NCBI RefSeq assembly: GCF_006345805.1
Contig: NC_043006.1
Coordinates: 91,264,001-91,328,000, forward strand
Source: Octopus sinensis
Taxonomy: Eukaryota
Length of the DNA: 64,000 nucleotides
Reading direction: 5' to 3'
The notes beneath the pieces were generated by a model that saw only the letters and a list, made by a program, of their open reading frames with translations, was not told where the DNA came from and made no database searches. Position numbers and translations under genes: made by a program. Positions 12,079 to 24,607 of the stretch are shown one piece after another; positions within the stretch are counted from its first letter, which is position 1; each line of letters begins with the position of its first letter.

Positions 12079-12500
12079 TGCAAAAGCTACCTTTGTCAAA
12101 GGAAAAATGACAGAAACATCTAATATGAATCTTGACGTGCAGAATGTCATAAAGCATTTAGAAGTAGCGGAGAACTACAAATGCCTAAGAGTATTTGAAG
12201 GGGTCGGAATCAAACATTCAGTGATGAGGGAAAGGATCAGAAGAGAATGTTATTGCAGGTTAAGGGCAAAACACAAGACAGAGCTGAATGCAAGAAACAG
12301 GATCGAAGCGATCAATACTTCAATCATACCAGTTGTGACTTACAGTTTCAATATCATCAACTGGCCGATTACTGAAGTATATAATCTTGACAGAAAAATA
12401 TGAAAATTGTTGACAATGCATAGAATGCCCCACCCTAAGAACGACTTTTCCTGCCAGGAAAAGAGGGTAGCCGTGAACTTTTTATACTGGAATTGACAAC
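12075..12500 (+). mobile_element. R4/Dong-clade LINE fragment (post-RT region) directly downstream of (TAA)n
   Basis: Homologous to about 26058-25620 (minus): CAKATF.KGKMTETSN...RIRRECY.R...KTELNARNRIEAIN. The (TAA)n tract runs 12027-12076. Confidence 0.85.
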
Positions 12501-13424
12501 GGAGTGTCTCAAGTATTTTTAGAGCCGGAGGAGTCCAGGTTGATTCAACTCATTTGGTCTGAGTCGCTACTCAGATTTTTCTTGTTCTCAAATGCATCTT
12601 TGAAGTGGAGCTTTTCCGCAGAAGTTCAGTGTACAATCACAAAGTGTTGATCGATCCGAAGTAATTGAAGAAGTGATTATCCCGAGGTGTTGCGTTGTAG
12701 AATCAAACCCATAACTATGTCATGGTAAAACGTATTTTTTTAACCACATAACCATAAACAGTAATGTATGCCCCAAGGAATATTAATTACAAAATTTAGC
12801 CAAGTATTGAATTCTTGGTCAACGGGTCATGAGTTAAGATTTTTAATATGTATTCGTTGTGTTTCCGAACTCTTCACAAAATTCTACGTTGCTGCATCCC
12901 TCCAAGATGGGACATTTAAGTTATTAAGATCTTCAGATAATGTTTAGTAACTACAGACTACATTGGGATCTACAGGAAGAAAAAAAAAATATATAAAAGA
13001 CAACTCTAACCCACACCAACTGTTTAACTCGACGGGCACCAGAACTAGTGCTATGGACTTTGGCGATTCCTGAAACGGTAAATTTGTAAAATAATAAATT
13101 TATCTAAGGCCAATTTAAGGAGAAAGGTATCACCTAGTTTGAGAGAAGATATCTGTTATAAATTTTCTGTGAAGAAGTGTAGATATAATAATTTCTAAGC
13201 AAAGACTTTTATGACACGAAGCTAAACCTGAGATGTTTATGGAGAAGAAATATATCATACAGATCAGTTACACCATTCCAACGTAATAAAATAAGAACAA
13301 AAAACACAAAAAGAAGCCCGAGAGTGAATAAAAGCGAAATCTAAACACTACATAAAATGTTAACATACAATAAAAGGTTGATGGAAGCAATAAAACGAAA
13401 TCATCACATTATGTTCATATATAT

Positions 13425-13469
13425 ATATATATATATATATATACGTACATATATGTGTGTGTGTATACG

Positions 13470-13564
<95 letters not shown>

Positions 13565-13578
13565 ATATATATAAATAT

Positions 13579-13610
<32 letters not shown>

Positions 13611-14040
13611 ATATATATATATTTATATGTAAATATACATACACAGTCATATGTGTGTATGTGTGTGATGTGTGTGTCTATGTCTACTAACACGAAAGAC
13701 AAATATATCAGGGATGATGTTACTATTGTATTGTAGGCGTGCTTTCTGCAGACGTCCTCTCTCTCTCCTTCCCCCTCTCTCTCTTTCTATATATGTATAT
13801 ATATATGTATATATATTCCTCTCCCCTCCTTTCCCATCCCCCTCCTCTTCTCTTCTCCTCTCCTTCCCCCTCCCCTCCCCCTCATCTCCCCCCCTCATCT
13901 CCCCCTCCTCACTCTCACCTTTCCTCTTCTCCTCCTCCCTCCTCTTCTCCTCTTTCCTTCTCCCCCTCTTTCCCACCTCTCACCCCCTCATCTCTCCTCC
14001 TCCCCCTCCCCTCTCCCCCTCATTTCCTCTCTCTACACTA
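13425..14040. repeat. (TA)n, (TCTA)n and a C/T-rich polypyrimidine tract
   Basis: Direct reading. Confidence 0.9.
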
Positions 14041-14231
14041 CACCATACGACATTACACATCACATCATACATACATACACACGTCCAGACCTTTCATACG
14101 CACTACATACTCTCTCATAAACACACGTTGGGGCGAAGTCATTTGACCTGTTATCTCCCCTACTTTCGCTCTCACGTCTGATCTCTGACTTCTGGCCGGA
14201 ATCAGATCGCCATGTTGAATCGCTAGCTTCT

Positions 14232-14406
14232 GCACGCATTTTTTTTCTCTCCTTGTTTCTTTTCTGTGTATCTTTCTGTTGAAGAGCGTAGGCTCGAAAC
14301 GTAAAAGACTTGTTTTATTTATATTCCTGAGCGCCATACTAATACAATTGTTTGTTTGTACTCCACCTGCCTTCGTCTTTTGTTTATTTTTATAAAGCCT
14401 CCCGTT
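14232..14406 (+). mobile_element. (TA)n-tailed repeat with a hammerhead-like motif (family H2)
   Basis: Homologous to 21285-21475 (minus). Contains TCTTT-CTGTTGA-A-GAGC-GTAG-GCTC-GAAAC-GTA-AAAGA. Confidence 0.7.
14271..14308 (+). ncRNA. Minimal type I hammerhead-like motif with CUGUUGA core
   Basis: Stem I UCUUU/AAAGA, stem II GAGC/GCUC, then GAAAC and GUA triplet. Confidence 0.55.
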
Positions 14407-14409
14407 ATA

Positions 14410-14461
<52 letters not shown>

Positions 14462-14899
14462 CATGCATGCATACATATACACACTACATACACACTTACA
14501 TATATATACATATATACATACATGTACACACACACGCGTACATATATATATATATATGTACACACATCCATATATATATATATACAGCGTAGCTCACGTG
14601 CGTTTTCCCCTAGTTCTCTTCTTTTTTATCTCCTCCCTTTTTTTTCTTTTCATCCCTGTTTGTCTTCGATTTTCCTATAGTATCCGACAAAGAACTATGT
14701 CCGAAACGTTGTAACTTTTGCTCTCTGACTTTTTAACTATTGGCTTTAATCTAACAGTTATTAACTGTGGACGTCGAGAGGACTTTTGTTGCTTTTTGTT
14801 ATTTGTGTTTGCTTTACTCTCTCTTTCTGCTTCTGTCTGTCTCTCCTCCTTCTCTCTCATATTAACTCACCTGTGGTAGGCGGCAAATCAGTCTTCTGG

Positions 14900-15143
14900 A
14901 ACTCTTTGCTAAACAATCTGTGCAAATGATTCGTTTATAGTAATAAAACATTTGTGCTGTGCCTTAATCTCAGTTCCTACATCAAATCGTCATTACCTGT
15001 CCAGGTGCATGGTGTGCCACAAGTCGGAGATCAAATTAATCGCAGAACAGCGTGAAATGGTTTTCTTAAGAACACAACGCAGCAACCGGTCCGGGAATGG
15101 TTACCACCTCTTTCTGAGCGTCAGTACGATACCCTAATTGCCA
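14900..15143 (-). mobile_element. Degenerate tRNA-derived SINE (possibly V-SINE-like)
   Basis: Minus-strand head TTAGGGTATCGTACTGACG...CATTCCCGGACCGG followed by GTTGTGTTCTTAAGAAAAC. Confidence 0.45.
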
Positions 15144-15155
15144 GTTCACGCTCCT

Positions 15156-15237
<82 letters not shown>

Positions 15238-16349
15238 ACACGCTCTCTCTCTCTCTAAGATACACACGCACATACACTCTCTAACACACAAATACACGCA
15301 CACGCGTGTGCACTCACACACACACACACACTGTCTCTCTCTCTCACTCTCTGTAACACACACAATATCTTTCTCCCTCTCTCTCTCTCACACGCACTAT
15401 TTCTCTCTCTCACACACACACTATCTCTCTCTCTCCCTCTCTCTCTCTCACACGTACACCACGCAAGCGCACAAATACGAGAGGAGCGATTTTTATTCAA
15501 CAAGTTAGTTTTATTCCCAGTGCATCATCTAAAAAACACTCACAAAAAGCCGTTTTGTTTCGACGGCCATTGCTGAATAAGTAAGGGCAACGACAACATC
15601 GGTTGTGGCATGAAATCTGCGACATATCGAAGACGGCATAAATATTCCATTGTCTTCACTTGATTTCCCATTGAAAGAAACATCTGTCCTGATTCTATGA
15701 AAAGAACATTTAAAGTCGTTAAATAATGATGGCGACAAAATATACCAAAAATGTGAACCCACTTCGCAGTTAAAGCAGCTTCGACGACAACCATCTTTAG
15801 TTGTCCCTTAAATAACCTTCACAACTAGGTCTTGTGATGCCAATCAAATTTAAAGACATACTAAAAACAGCAAAAAGTTGACATGGGGAAGAGTAATAAA
15901 AACGTAATGTGCAATTGACTCCTCGCCATGAACACATCGCCATTATCCGGAAATTCTAGTCAACGCTAACATCTCTAGTGTCATAGGTGCGCGCCTGTAC
16001 GTCGGTGTATAAAGACTATACACGGATGTATATTAAGTATGTGTGTCGTATTCACCGGCACCCTCATTTATATGTATGAAAGCACGCACGAATTTTCTTT
16101 ATTTGTACATTTATGTATTTATTTATTGATCGTCAAAATGGGCGGAAAAATAGGAATTATCTAAGAGACATTGTCATTCTTTTTATAACTTGTTCCAGAA
16201 CTATCCAAAGAAATATCATTGTCACTGGGATAAGAATTTACAACCCTTCAATCTGTAACTATTTCGATAAGTGCTAATGCGCGAAACTCCTGCTCTCTAA
16301 GCTACTCCGTTGCTTCCACTAAATGTCAATAAAAAGTATGTATATATAT

Positions 16350-16640
16350 ATATATGCATATTGTTGTATTTCGGAATGGTCATATTGCCAGTTTAGCCAA
16401 TAAAAACACACGCACTATATATTTGGTGTTACTTTGCTTCAGTGTTATTTATTTTTTACATTAATCTTAATCTTATTTCGGCCAGAGTTCTTTCGTCACA
16501 CTCCTGTGACCGCATCAGTGGTCCTTTGTTTTCTTCTTTCTTATTTCTGTCTCTCCTTACTAACCGTCAGCCATTTTGTATTTCTATTGTATGTCTTCAT
16601 TTGCGCATGCGTATATCTCTATGTGCGTCTATGTTTAGTT
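16350..16640 (-). mobile_element. (TA)n-associated repeat with a hammerhead-like motif (family H3)
   Basis: Minus strand reads GGACCA-CTGATGC-G-GTCAC-AGGAGT-GTGAC-GAAA-G-AA-C-TC-TGGCC. Confidence 0.55.
16480..16524 (-). ncRNA. Type I hammerhead-like motif (A9C in this copy), CUC cleavage triplet
   Basis: Stem I CCA/UGG plus GG/CC, stem II GUCAC/GUGAC, minimal stem III A-U and G-C with an AA loop. Confidence 0.6.
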
Positions 16641-17133
16641 AGTGTGTATGTGTGTGTGTGTGTGTGGGGGGGGGGGGGGGAGAATGCCTGTAATATTTGT
16701 ATCTTCTGTTTATATACGTTCGTGTAATTTTTTTTGTTCATGTTTACATCCACTTATTATTATCATTATTATTATTATTATTACGTATGCTTGTGTGTAT
16801 GTATGTATATCAGAATGATAGCAATAACGGCAATGGTAGGAATAACAGTATTAGTAATAATAGTGGTGGTGGTGGTGGTGGTGGTAACAATAGAAGTAGT
16901 AATGATGGTAGTAGTGATAGTTATGGTGGTAATAGTATTAATAGTAGTAGTGGTGGTAATGATAGTGGTAATGGTGGCAATAGTGGTGATAATAATAGTG
17001 AGGCTGATGATGGGAACAGAAACGACAGAAATAGTAGTAACGATAATGAAGAAGATAACCCTAGAAGGGCCATTAACATGTATACCCACCCCTTTGACAC
17101 TCAATTCTTCAACATATGTGACAAATCTTATAA

Positions 17134-18480
17134 CATGAACCGGATTTATCCAAAAACATTACCCTTCAACAAAAGGTCTACATCCCAAGACATACTAATG
17201 ACCATATTGAAGCACAGTTCACTATAGCTAGGACCAGACTTAGACAGATTTTAGAACTATACACTAAGAGACAGAGACAGAATAAGACAGAGGCCCAACA
17301 ACTCGGGATTAAACCTGTATGTAGCCTACGTAAGCTCATTCAGCGCACGAGGAGCAGAGAGGTGGTATGCCTTCCCACAGATAAGTCCGGCAGGATGACA
17401 ATAGACAGCTTACCGAACTACATCCAGGCAATGCAACCTCATATCGCCAATACGAAAGTAACAACTTTACAGGCGCATGAAGAGAGAGAAAAGGTCCTCA
17501 ACGCCCACATGATGATGTGGACAATTGTTCTGGGACCCCAGAAACGCAGAGCCTACAATTTCCAAGCCTGGAACAACGATATCCCTGCACTGTATGGACT
17601 TCACAAGGACCATAAAGTAACCACTGACCCTATAGCAGGACCACCAAGAAGACCAGTCCGTGGAGCGAATATCGCTCGCAACTACAGAATCTCCTACTTC
17701 CTCTCAATGATCATATGCCCTATAATCCGGATGACACCTGATGTTTGTGACAGCATGGAAGATCTCCTCAGCAGGATCAATGACTGTAACAACACTTGCG
17801 ACCTGACAGGATGTATGGTGGGTAGCATGGATGTGGTATCCCTATACCCATCGATGGACGTGGATCTTGCGCTGGAGAAGTGCGTGGAGATGATCAACAA
17901 GAGCAAGGTGGAGTTCCGTAATGTCAACACAGAGGAACTGGGCCTCCTACTTAGACTGACATATGACAACGAATACCTAGACAAACATGATCTTAGTAGT
18001 TTCTGCCCCAGTAGACGTTTAAGAGGTAGACCACCCACAATTACTTCTATGGCTAGGAATACCCATATAGAGAGATGGAGCGGATGGACCAGAGCCATAC
18101 GGAGCCCCGCAAATGTCCATCAGGTAAAGAAAATGATCGCACATGCACTAGGAGCTAGTATAAGAGTTACCCTAAAAGGCCACACGTTTAAGTTTAACAA
18201 TAAAATATATGCCCAGGACGAGGGAGCAGCCATCGGCGTTAGTATCGCCGGTGATGTGGCCAACCTTTTCATGGTATGGTGGGACAGAAGGCTTAAAGAA
18301 CGCCTAACACAGAACCCCGTACTCGTGAACATGTACTCTTGCTATGTTGATGATATCAACATAGTGGTAAAGGCACCCCCACAAGAGAGTACTGTTAAAA
18401 TAGAAATAGAAACTAATACTGTGGAGAGCATCCAGCAAGTAGCTAACTCCATCCACCAGAGTATTAAGGTCACAAGATAG
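17134..18480 (+). mobile_element. Penelope-like element (PLE) reverse transcriptase region, 3'-truncated (no GIY-YIG seen)
   Basis: The frame is open from 17134 to 18480 (ORF track 17362-18480). Motifs: TDKSG, PALYGLHKDHK, RRPV, GSMDVVSLYPS, YAQDEGAAIG.S.AGDVANLFM and YVDDI. Confidence 0.85.
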
Positions 18481-18528
18481 TGAACTGTGCTTCCATATGG
18501 TCATTCGTATGTCTTGGGATATAGACCT

Positions 18529-18586
18529 TGGTGATTTTTTTCCCCTCCGTCTTCCCTTCTCTGGATATTTCCTTTTCCTGTTTCTG
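18529..18586 (+). repeat. Fragment of the H1 hammerhead-bearing repeat just downstream of the PLE ORF
   Basis: GGTGATTTTTTTCCCCTCCGTCTTCCCTTCTCTGGATATTTCCTTTTCCTGTTTCTG matches about 56962-57020. Confidence 0.75.
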
Positions 18587-19321
18587 TGTGTGTGCGCACG
18601 CACACACATGTTTGTATATATGTGCATATGTATATACATTATACATATAGTATACCCGTGCCGCAAAAGTGATGGCATTTCAAACGAAACAAGCTGAAAT
18701 TGGTATTTAATAAAAACATACATTTCATAGATCATTTCATGAAACGTATAAAATATCTCCAAATGGAGTTTTAATCGAAATTCATTTACGAAAAAGCAGT
18801 CTCTTGTGCCACTAATCAACGTAACATACAGTCTATATAATATAGATATCGTTACATAAAAGTGCAACGGCAAAACATACATGTATTAGAACCTGCAAAT
18901 TCTTTATCCGTTCGATGCATATATTTCTTATGGATAACATACTTGAGTTTCCGTTCTAAACTATACATCTTTGCATTACAGGACATCATAGATTACTGAA
19001 TATAACTCAAACCTTCCTTTACTGAGTGACCGGGGGAGAACAGAGTTAGACTGACGACTCCTTTATAGTTTTGAAGTATTTTTCTGCTTAACGAAGCAGA
19101 TCTTTTATTACATGTTTTGGGGAAAAAATCTATTCCCAATCAGATGTCCAGGATCAACACTTTCTTCTATGCACATCCTCCGGATTAGTCTTAATTCCAC
19201 TGCACACACACACAGACACACACACTCACTCACACATTATAGGTATAGTACATAAAATATTGTACATGTATAATATATATATATTATGTATATATACACC
19301 CATGCAGACATTTATATATTG

Positions 19322-19395
<74 letters not shown>

Positions 19396-19398
<3 letters not shown>

Positions 19399-19652
19399 AG
19401 GCGCAATGGCCTAGTGGTTAGGGCAGCGAACAGACCGGGCGTTGTGTGTGTTTATTGAGCGAAAACACCTTAAAGCTCCACGAGTCTCCGGCAGGGGTGG
19501 TGATCCCTGCTGTACTCTTTCACCACTCTTTCTTCTGTTGGCCTGCTCGCTTAGCCAGCGGGGTGACGTCATTCGAAGGCTAAAACAATGCGAACGCATT
19601 GTGACCAGCGATGTGTAGCAACATCTGATGGTCTGGTCGGTCATGTGATCAT

Positions 19653-19655
<3 letters not shown>
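19396..19655 (+). mobile_element. tRNA-derived SINE, family C
   Basis: GGAGGCGCAATGGCCTAGTGGTTAGGGCAGCG (A box), GTGTTTATTGAGCGAAAACACC, CCCTGCTGTACTCTTTCACCAC. The B-box region is deleted. Confidence 0.75.
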
Positions 19656-19698
<43 letters not shown>

Positions 19699-19921
19699 TA
19701 TACATAAACATACACTATATACGCACGTTTATATAAAACAGCATATACTGTATAGTGTATACAGTGTATTATATACAGTATATATATATATATATATCTA
19801 CTACAACTACTATATATGTATATGTATGTATATATATATATATATATATAGTGAGGGAGAGATGTGTATTTAATATACATACTACATACATATAGTATAC
19901 ATACTCTATATAAATATATAT

Positions 19922-20315
19922 AGGCGCAGGAGTGGCTGTGTGGTAAGTAGCTTGCTAACCAACCACATGGTTCCGGGTTCAGACCCACTGCGTGGCATCT
20001 TGGGCAAGTGTCTTCTGCTATAGCCCCGGGCCGACCAATGCCTTGTGAGTGGATTTGGTAGACGGAAACTGAAAGAAGCCTGTCGTATATATGTATATAT
20101 ATATATATATATGTTTGTGTGTGTGTGTTTGTGTGTCTATGTGTGTCCCCCTAGCATTGCTTGACAACCGATGCTGGTGTGTTTATGTCCCCGTCACTTA
20201 GCGGTTCGGGAAAAGAGACCGATAGAATAAGTACTGTGCTTACAAAGAATAAGTCCCGGGGTGCTCCAGCATGGCCGCAGTCAAATGACTGAAACAAGTA
20301 AAAGAGTAAAAGAGA
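19922..20315 (+). mobile_element. SINE family A, best-preserved copy
   Basis: AGGCGCAGGAGTGGCTGTGTGG...GGGTTCAGACCC...TTGGGCAAGTGTCTTC, then (TA/TG)n, then CAGCATGGCCGCAGTCAAATGACTGAAACAAGTAAAAGAGTAAAAG. Confidence 0.9.
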
Positions 20316-21072
20316 GAGAGAGTATAGCTTGAGCACACATACACACAAGCACATATAGTATACATATACTATCTCTATACAAATATATATATATATATGC
20401 ATATATAATATAGAAGACATATACGAAGATATTCTACTTACAGTATATAGAGTGTATATAATGAACATAAAGTATGTATGAGAAACACTCACACACACCA
20501 CACACACACACACACACACACCACACATACACACACACATTCACGCACACACGTACACGCACACACATACACACACGAACTAGAATCCTTTGCATGCTTC
20601 TTATTTGTGATGGAATATATTCCTTTCGCTCCATACTATGCCAGGGCATAAGGTGAGAAAAACAGAACGTTAATCTTAAAAAACAAAAAGCAAAACAAAA
20701 CAACAGAGAGGTGATTTTTGCTGAAATCAATTTTCAACCGACAGGAAAAAGGATTGAGATGGAAACTGCTGACATTTGGACTTGGAAACTGTGTTATTCT
20801 AGTCTGAGCCTACTGTTGTGATAGAAGAGCTGCCTTCCCAGTGTGGTGAGCAGATCGTTATAGCCCGAAGCTGAGGTCATCTTTAAATATTATACACGGT
20901 ATTAAACATAACAATAATAGAAAATAGAGAATAAAACAGAAATCCCATAACGAAAAACAAAAATTAAACTACAACCGTTTCTACAAAAATACAGAAAAAG
21001 AAACATTAATACACACACACACACATATATATGTATATATATGTGTATATATATATTTGTATATGTATGTAT

Positions 21073-21114
<42 letters not shown>

Positions 21115-21284
21115 CACCAACTGAACCTCAACAATGGTAACATTGTGCGAGTGTGTTCTTATTGTAAGTTACCAGAAAAGAAAGGTTTGGTATAGGAAAA
21201 GAAACAATGGCTGCTGCTTATTCTAAAAGTAGATACACATCCAGACCCCCCCACTCTACCTCTCTCCATGTATATAAATATATA

Positions 21285-21475
21285 TATCTTTATAGTTCAA
21301 ATTTATAGAAAAAGAAAGACGAAGACAGGTGTAGGAACAACAAGCACGTGTATTAGTTTGACGCTCAGGAGAAATGGAAAAGTCTTTTACGTTTCGAGCC
21401 TACGCTCTTCGACAGAAAGGAATAAGAGGAAATAAACAGAGAGAGAATGAAAAAAAAACTTGTAGATTTAGCGGT
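21285..21475 (-). mobile_element. Family H2 repeat with a hammerhead-like motif (core 21382-21420)
   Basis: Minus strand reads CTTT-CTGTCGA-A-GAGC-GTAG-GCTC-GAAAC-GTA-AAAG, then CCTGAGCGTCAAACTAATAC as in 14232-14406. Confidence 0.7.
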
Positions 21476-21494
21476 CAAGTATGGCGAATATATA

Positions 21495-21925
21495 TATATA
21501 TATGGTGGCTACCCCCTCGTTATCGAGTATGGCCATTGCACGAAGCTTAATCAATGTTGTTATCGTGCAATGCCTGTGCAAGAAGATTTTTTTTTAAGTG
21601 AGGAAAGGCTGTGCACTGAGTCAATCCCACTGACTAAGCAACAGCAGCCATAATCCAAAAAGAAGAACAAGTCAACATCATCGGAAACCACTGAGCCGCA
21701 GGTTTTATGTCAGAGTTATCCCAGTTACCTGAGTTACCTTCTCCTAGAAGGATGCCCTAACAAAGGCTAGGAGTTCTTCACTCCCAATGGTTTTACCGCG
21801 CGATCGGGTATTCAGTCCGATTATTTCTATGTCCCCGCGCATGATACAGCCTTAAGACATTTATTGGATGGCCGTTGACTCTCAAGAGTTCCTCCGCCCT
21901 TTGACAGCTTTTGTTTTTCATCCCG
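21495..21925 (-). mobile_element. Probable 5' UTR remnant of an RTE-clade LINE
   Basis: Minus-strand GCATCCTTCTAGGAGAAGGTAACTC...ACTCTGACATAAAACC resembles the CTAGGAGAAGG.AAACTCTGA motif I recall from RTE 5' regions (recall, not searched). Confidence 0.45.
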
Positions 21926-21932
21926 CAGGGTG

Positions 21933-21970
<38 letters not shown>

Positions 21971-22900
21971 TCAATTTTTGGGGAATAATCGATATGCGGT
22001 TATTCTATTTCAGATAATACAAAACATAACCCAATGAGTAAACTCATGGCATCAGTCTGCACATCACGAAACAATACTTAAAGGATATAACCAAAATTTC
22101 CAGCTGGATATATAATGTACTTCATTAATTATATCATACTTTAGTTAATTCATATATTTATTAAATATGAAGGAACTACACGTGTTTAGGTCGACCCGGG
22201 GTTACAGGAAAACACGCTTGGTCAAGGTGCCGCACTGTGGGATTGAACTAAAAAACACGTAGTTGTAAAGCGAGTTTCTTAACCACCGGCCTGCGAACAT
22301 CCTTATTTCAAGTAAAATATAACGAACCATTGAAAGAGTAAAGATGGCAAAAAGCATGTCCTCGCATGGTTTGGCCATAACATCAACTCGTTGACTCTGC
22401 CGTGCTAACACATCTCTGATTGGGTGCTTAATCAGTCTTAATTTTTCCTGAATATACTGCTGCAAAAAGAAGTTAAGTGTCTCGCCGAAGAACATAATGC
22501 ACCTTCCGGATCGTGAGTCTAGCCTATTACCTTATGATTGAAAACCCAATTGCATAAGCATTACGCCATGCACCTTCGCAACTACTAAAATATATTCTTG
22601 TAAAACTCTTTCTTGATTTCGAAGAAAGTATTCAACCAAGATTGGATCTTGAAAGGTGTCTTTTTTTTTTTTTACCTTTTGGACTAAATGTATCGATGAA
22701 CAGTAATATCAATAATTAGATTTTGTGATCGTATGCACCGATTGATGCATAAATAAATAAATATGTGTAGACACGCGCGTGTTTTTAATATTTTTACGTT
22801 TAACATATTTTTCTAAGACTGAAAGTAAGTACAATGAAATTTGCATTTTTTAAAATCAAATTTTCACTAATGTATTTACAATGGCATGATATATGTATGT

Positions 22901-22979
<79 letters not shown>

Positions 22980-23336
22980 CCATATACATACAAACACGCG
23001 CACACACACAAACACACACAATATTTCCAACAGTAAAAGTTTGAAACGTGTGTTGCCAATTTAAATTTATTTTAATACTTTTACTTTTTTAACTGCCGAT
23101 CTTGACAGTTGTTTAAGTTACAAACATAAAACGAGAATTACCGAACAACTAAATCGATAATTGAATTGCCAAGGTGCTGAAATGTAGATCGTGTAATCAG
23201 ATATTTTATTTTAAGCAAGCTCTCTAAATATATCATTTCTTTCTTAAAAGGCTAGTGTAGAGTTTGAAGGAAATTTAGCAGTTCTTTGTAGCATATCAAG
23301 CGACTTATTTCTAAGAGTCAAGCGGCTGCTTTAAAG

Positions 23337-23637
23337 TACTGGTTTCCGAACCTTTCACTACCAATAATCTCTTTCCGTTTAAATGGATTTTCCTACGGTC
23401 CCCAGGCCTTTCAAATGTTGCTCCTCTCAATAAGCTGATCTTATTCACTTACAACAAATTCCTTTTCCCAGTTTCACCTCTCATTTGAAAGATGCACGTA
23501 ACTGAGCCATCATACGCAACTGAGTATTTACATGTGATTCAGTAATCAAACATGTTACACTGCAGTCTTTTAGAATAACGAGCACTACTCATGGACCCCG
23601 AGTAGGACATTTGTGAACACCAGGTTAGGAACCATTG
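23337..23637. mobile_element. Degenerate hAT-like MITE
   Basis: Ends CTGGTTTCCGAACC and GGTTAGGAACCATTG resemble CAGTGGTTCYCAACC-type TIRs. No TSD recognisable. Confidence 0.35.
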
Positions 23638-23721
23638 AAGTAGGAGCTATCCGATAGATTATATAGTTTACGCTTGTGATATATTTTAGAAAGGGTGACA
23701 TATTTAGTGATAATGGACGAG

Positions 23722-24090
23722 GGGAGTTGATAAGCAGAAATCGTTAGAGAAATGCTTTGCGGTATTCATTCCGGCTCTTTCCAATTTGAATTCAAATGTC
23801 ACCGAGATCAACTTTGCTTTGTATCTTTTCTGGGTCGATAAAATTAAGTACAAAGTACAGTGTTCAATGGTATCGATTAACTCTCCCTCCTCTCAAAATT
23901 GCCGGCCTAGATCCGAAACAATTATTAAAGGTGGTGATGTTTCGGAATCGTTAAAGTGCCGGAAGAAATGTTTTGCTGTATTTCCATCGGCCATTTATAT
24001 TCTGAGTTCAAATTCCATCTAGGTTGACTTTGTCTTTCATCTTCTCGGGGTCGATAAAATAAAGTAGAAGTCAAGTACTGTAATCGATGA
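23722..24090 (+). mobile_element. Two tandem degenerate SINE family B copies
   Basis: AAGCAGAAATCGTTAG...TTCAAATGTCACCGAGATCAACTTTGC, and GAATCGTTAAAGTGCCGG...GAGTTCAAATTCC...GGGGTCGATAAAAT. Confidence 0.7.
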
Positions 24091-24234
24091 TCTCGGTTAA
24101 AGCACTCTTCTCGAGACTGATCACTTTATGCCTTAACCAGAAATCATATTTGATAACAGGTGTCTAAAAGTCAAGTTGTACGATATCAAAAACACTGCGT
24201 AAACTTGAATATAATTTGAAAGTAATTAATATTG

Positions 24235-24358
24235 AATATTTTGTCCTCATCTTGTTTGTTAACACAACGTTTCGGCTGATTTGCCCTCCAACCTTCATAA
24301 GGTGTCTTGGGGAAATTTCGAACCTGGGTTCTCATTCCTAAGGTATTTTTCGCTGTTG

Positions 24359-24399
<41 letters not shown>

Positions 24400-24415
24400 T
24401 TATTATTATTATTAT
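24235..24415 (-). mobile_element. 3' half of a tRNA-headed hammerhead element (family H4): (TAA)n, body and hammerhead-like motif
   Basis: Minus strand reads (AAT)n-CGAAAAATACCTTAGGAATGAGAACCCAGGTTCGAAATTTCCCCAA-GACAC-CTTATGA-A-GGTTG-GAGGGCAAAT-CAGCC-GAAAC-GTT-GTGTT. Confidence 0.7.
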
Positions 24416-24607
24416 GTTTGAGTTTTGCTTTATATTTGTACAAGTTGGCTCCAAGTCTCACCCAGAGACCTCAAGAGACAACAGGTTGGAAGTTCACGTT
24501 GCTGTTATGCCTAGTGTGCCATATATATATATATATATTTTTTGGTGTTGTACTAGTGAATGTCTAATAAATAAATTTTAAAAAAAAGTTTGTTTTAAAC
24601 CTTGGGA

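Noticed and set aside
15529-15794. Possible transposase remnant (WPSKQ resembling WPSRSPD)
   Set aside because: No other Tc1/mariner motifs or TIRs could be aligned.
21870-21915. HDV-like ribozyme near the putative RTE 5' UTR
   Set aside because: A partial P1 (GGCCGTT/GACAGCT) was seen, but there is no P1.1 GG or J4/2 motif, and it is on the opposite strand to the inferred element.
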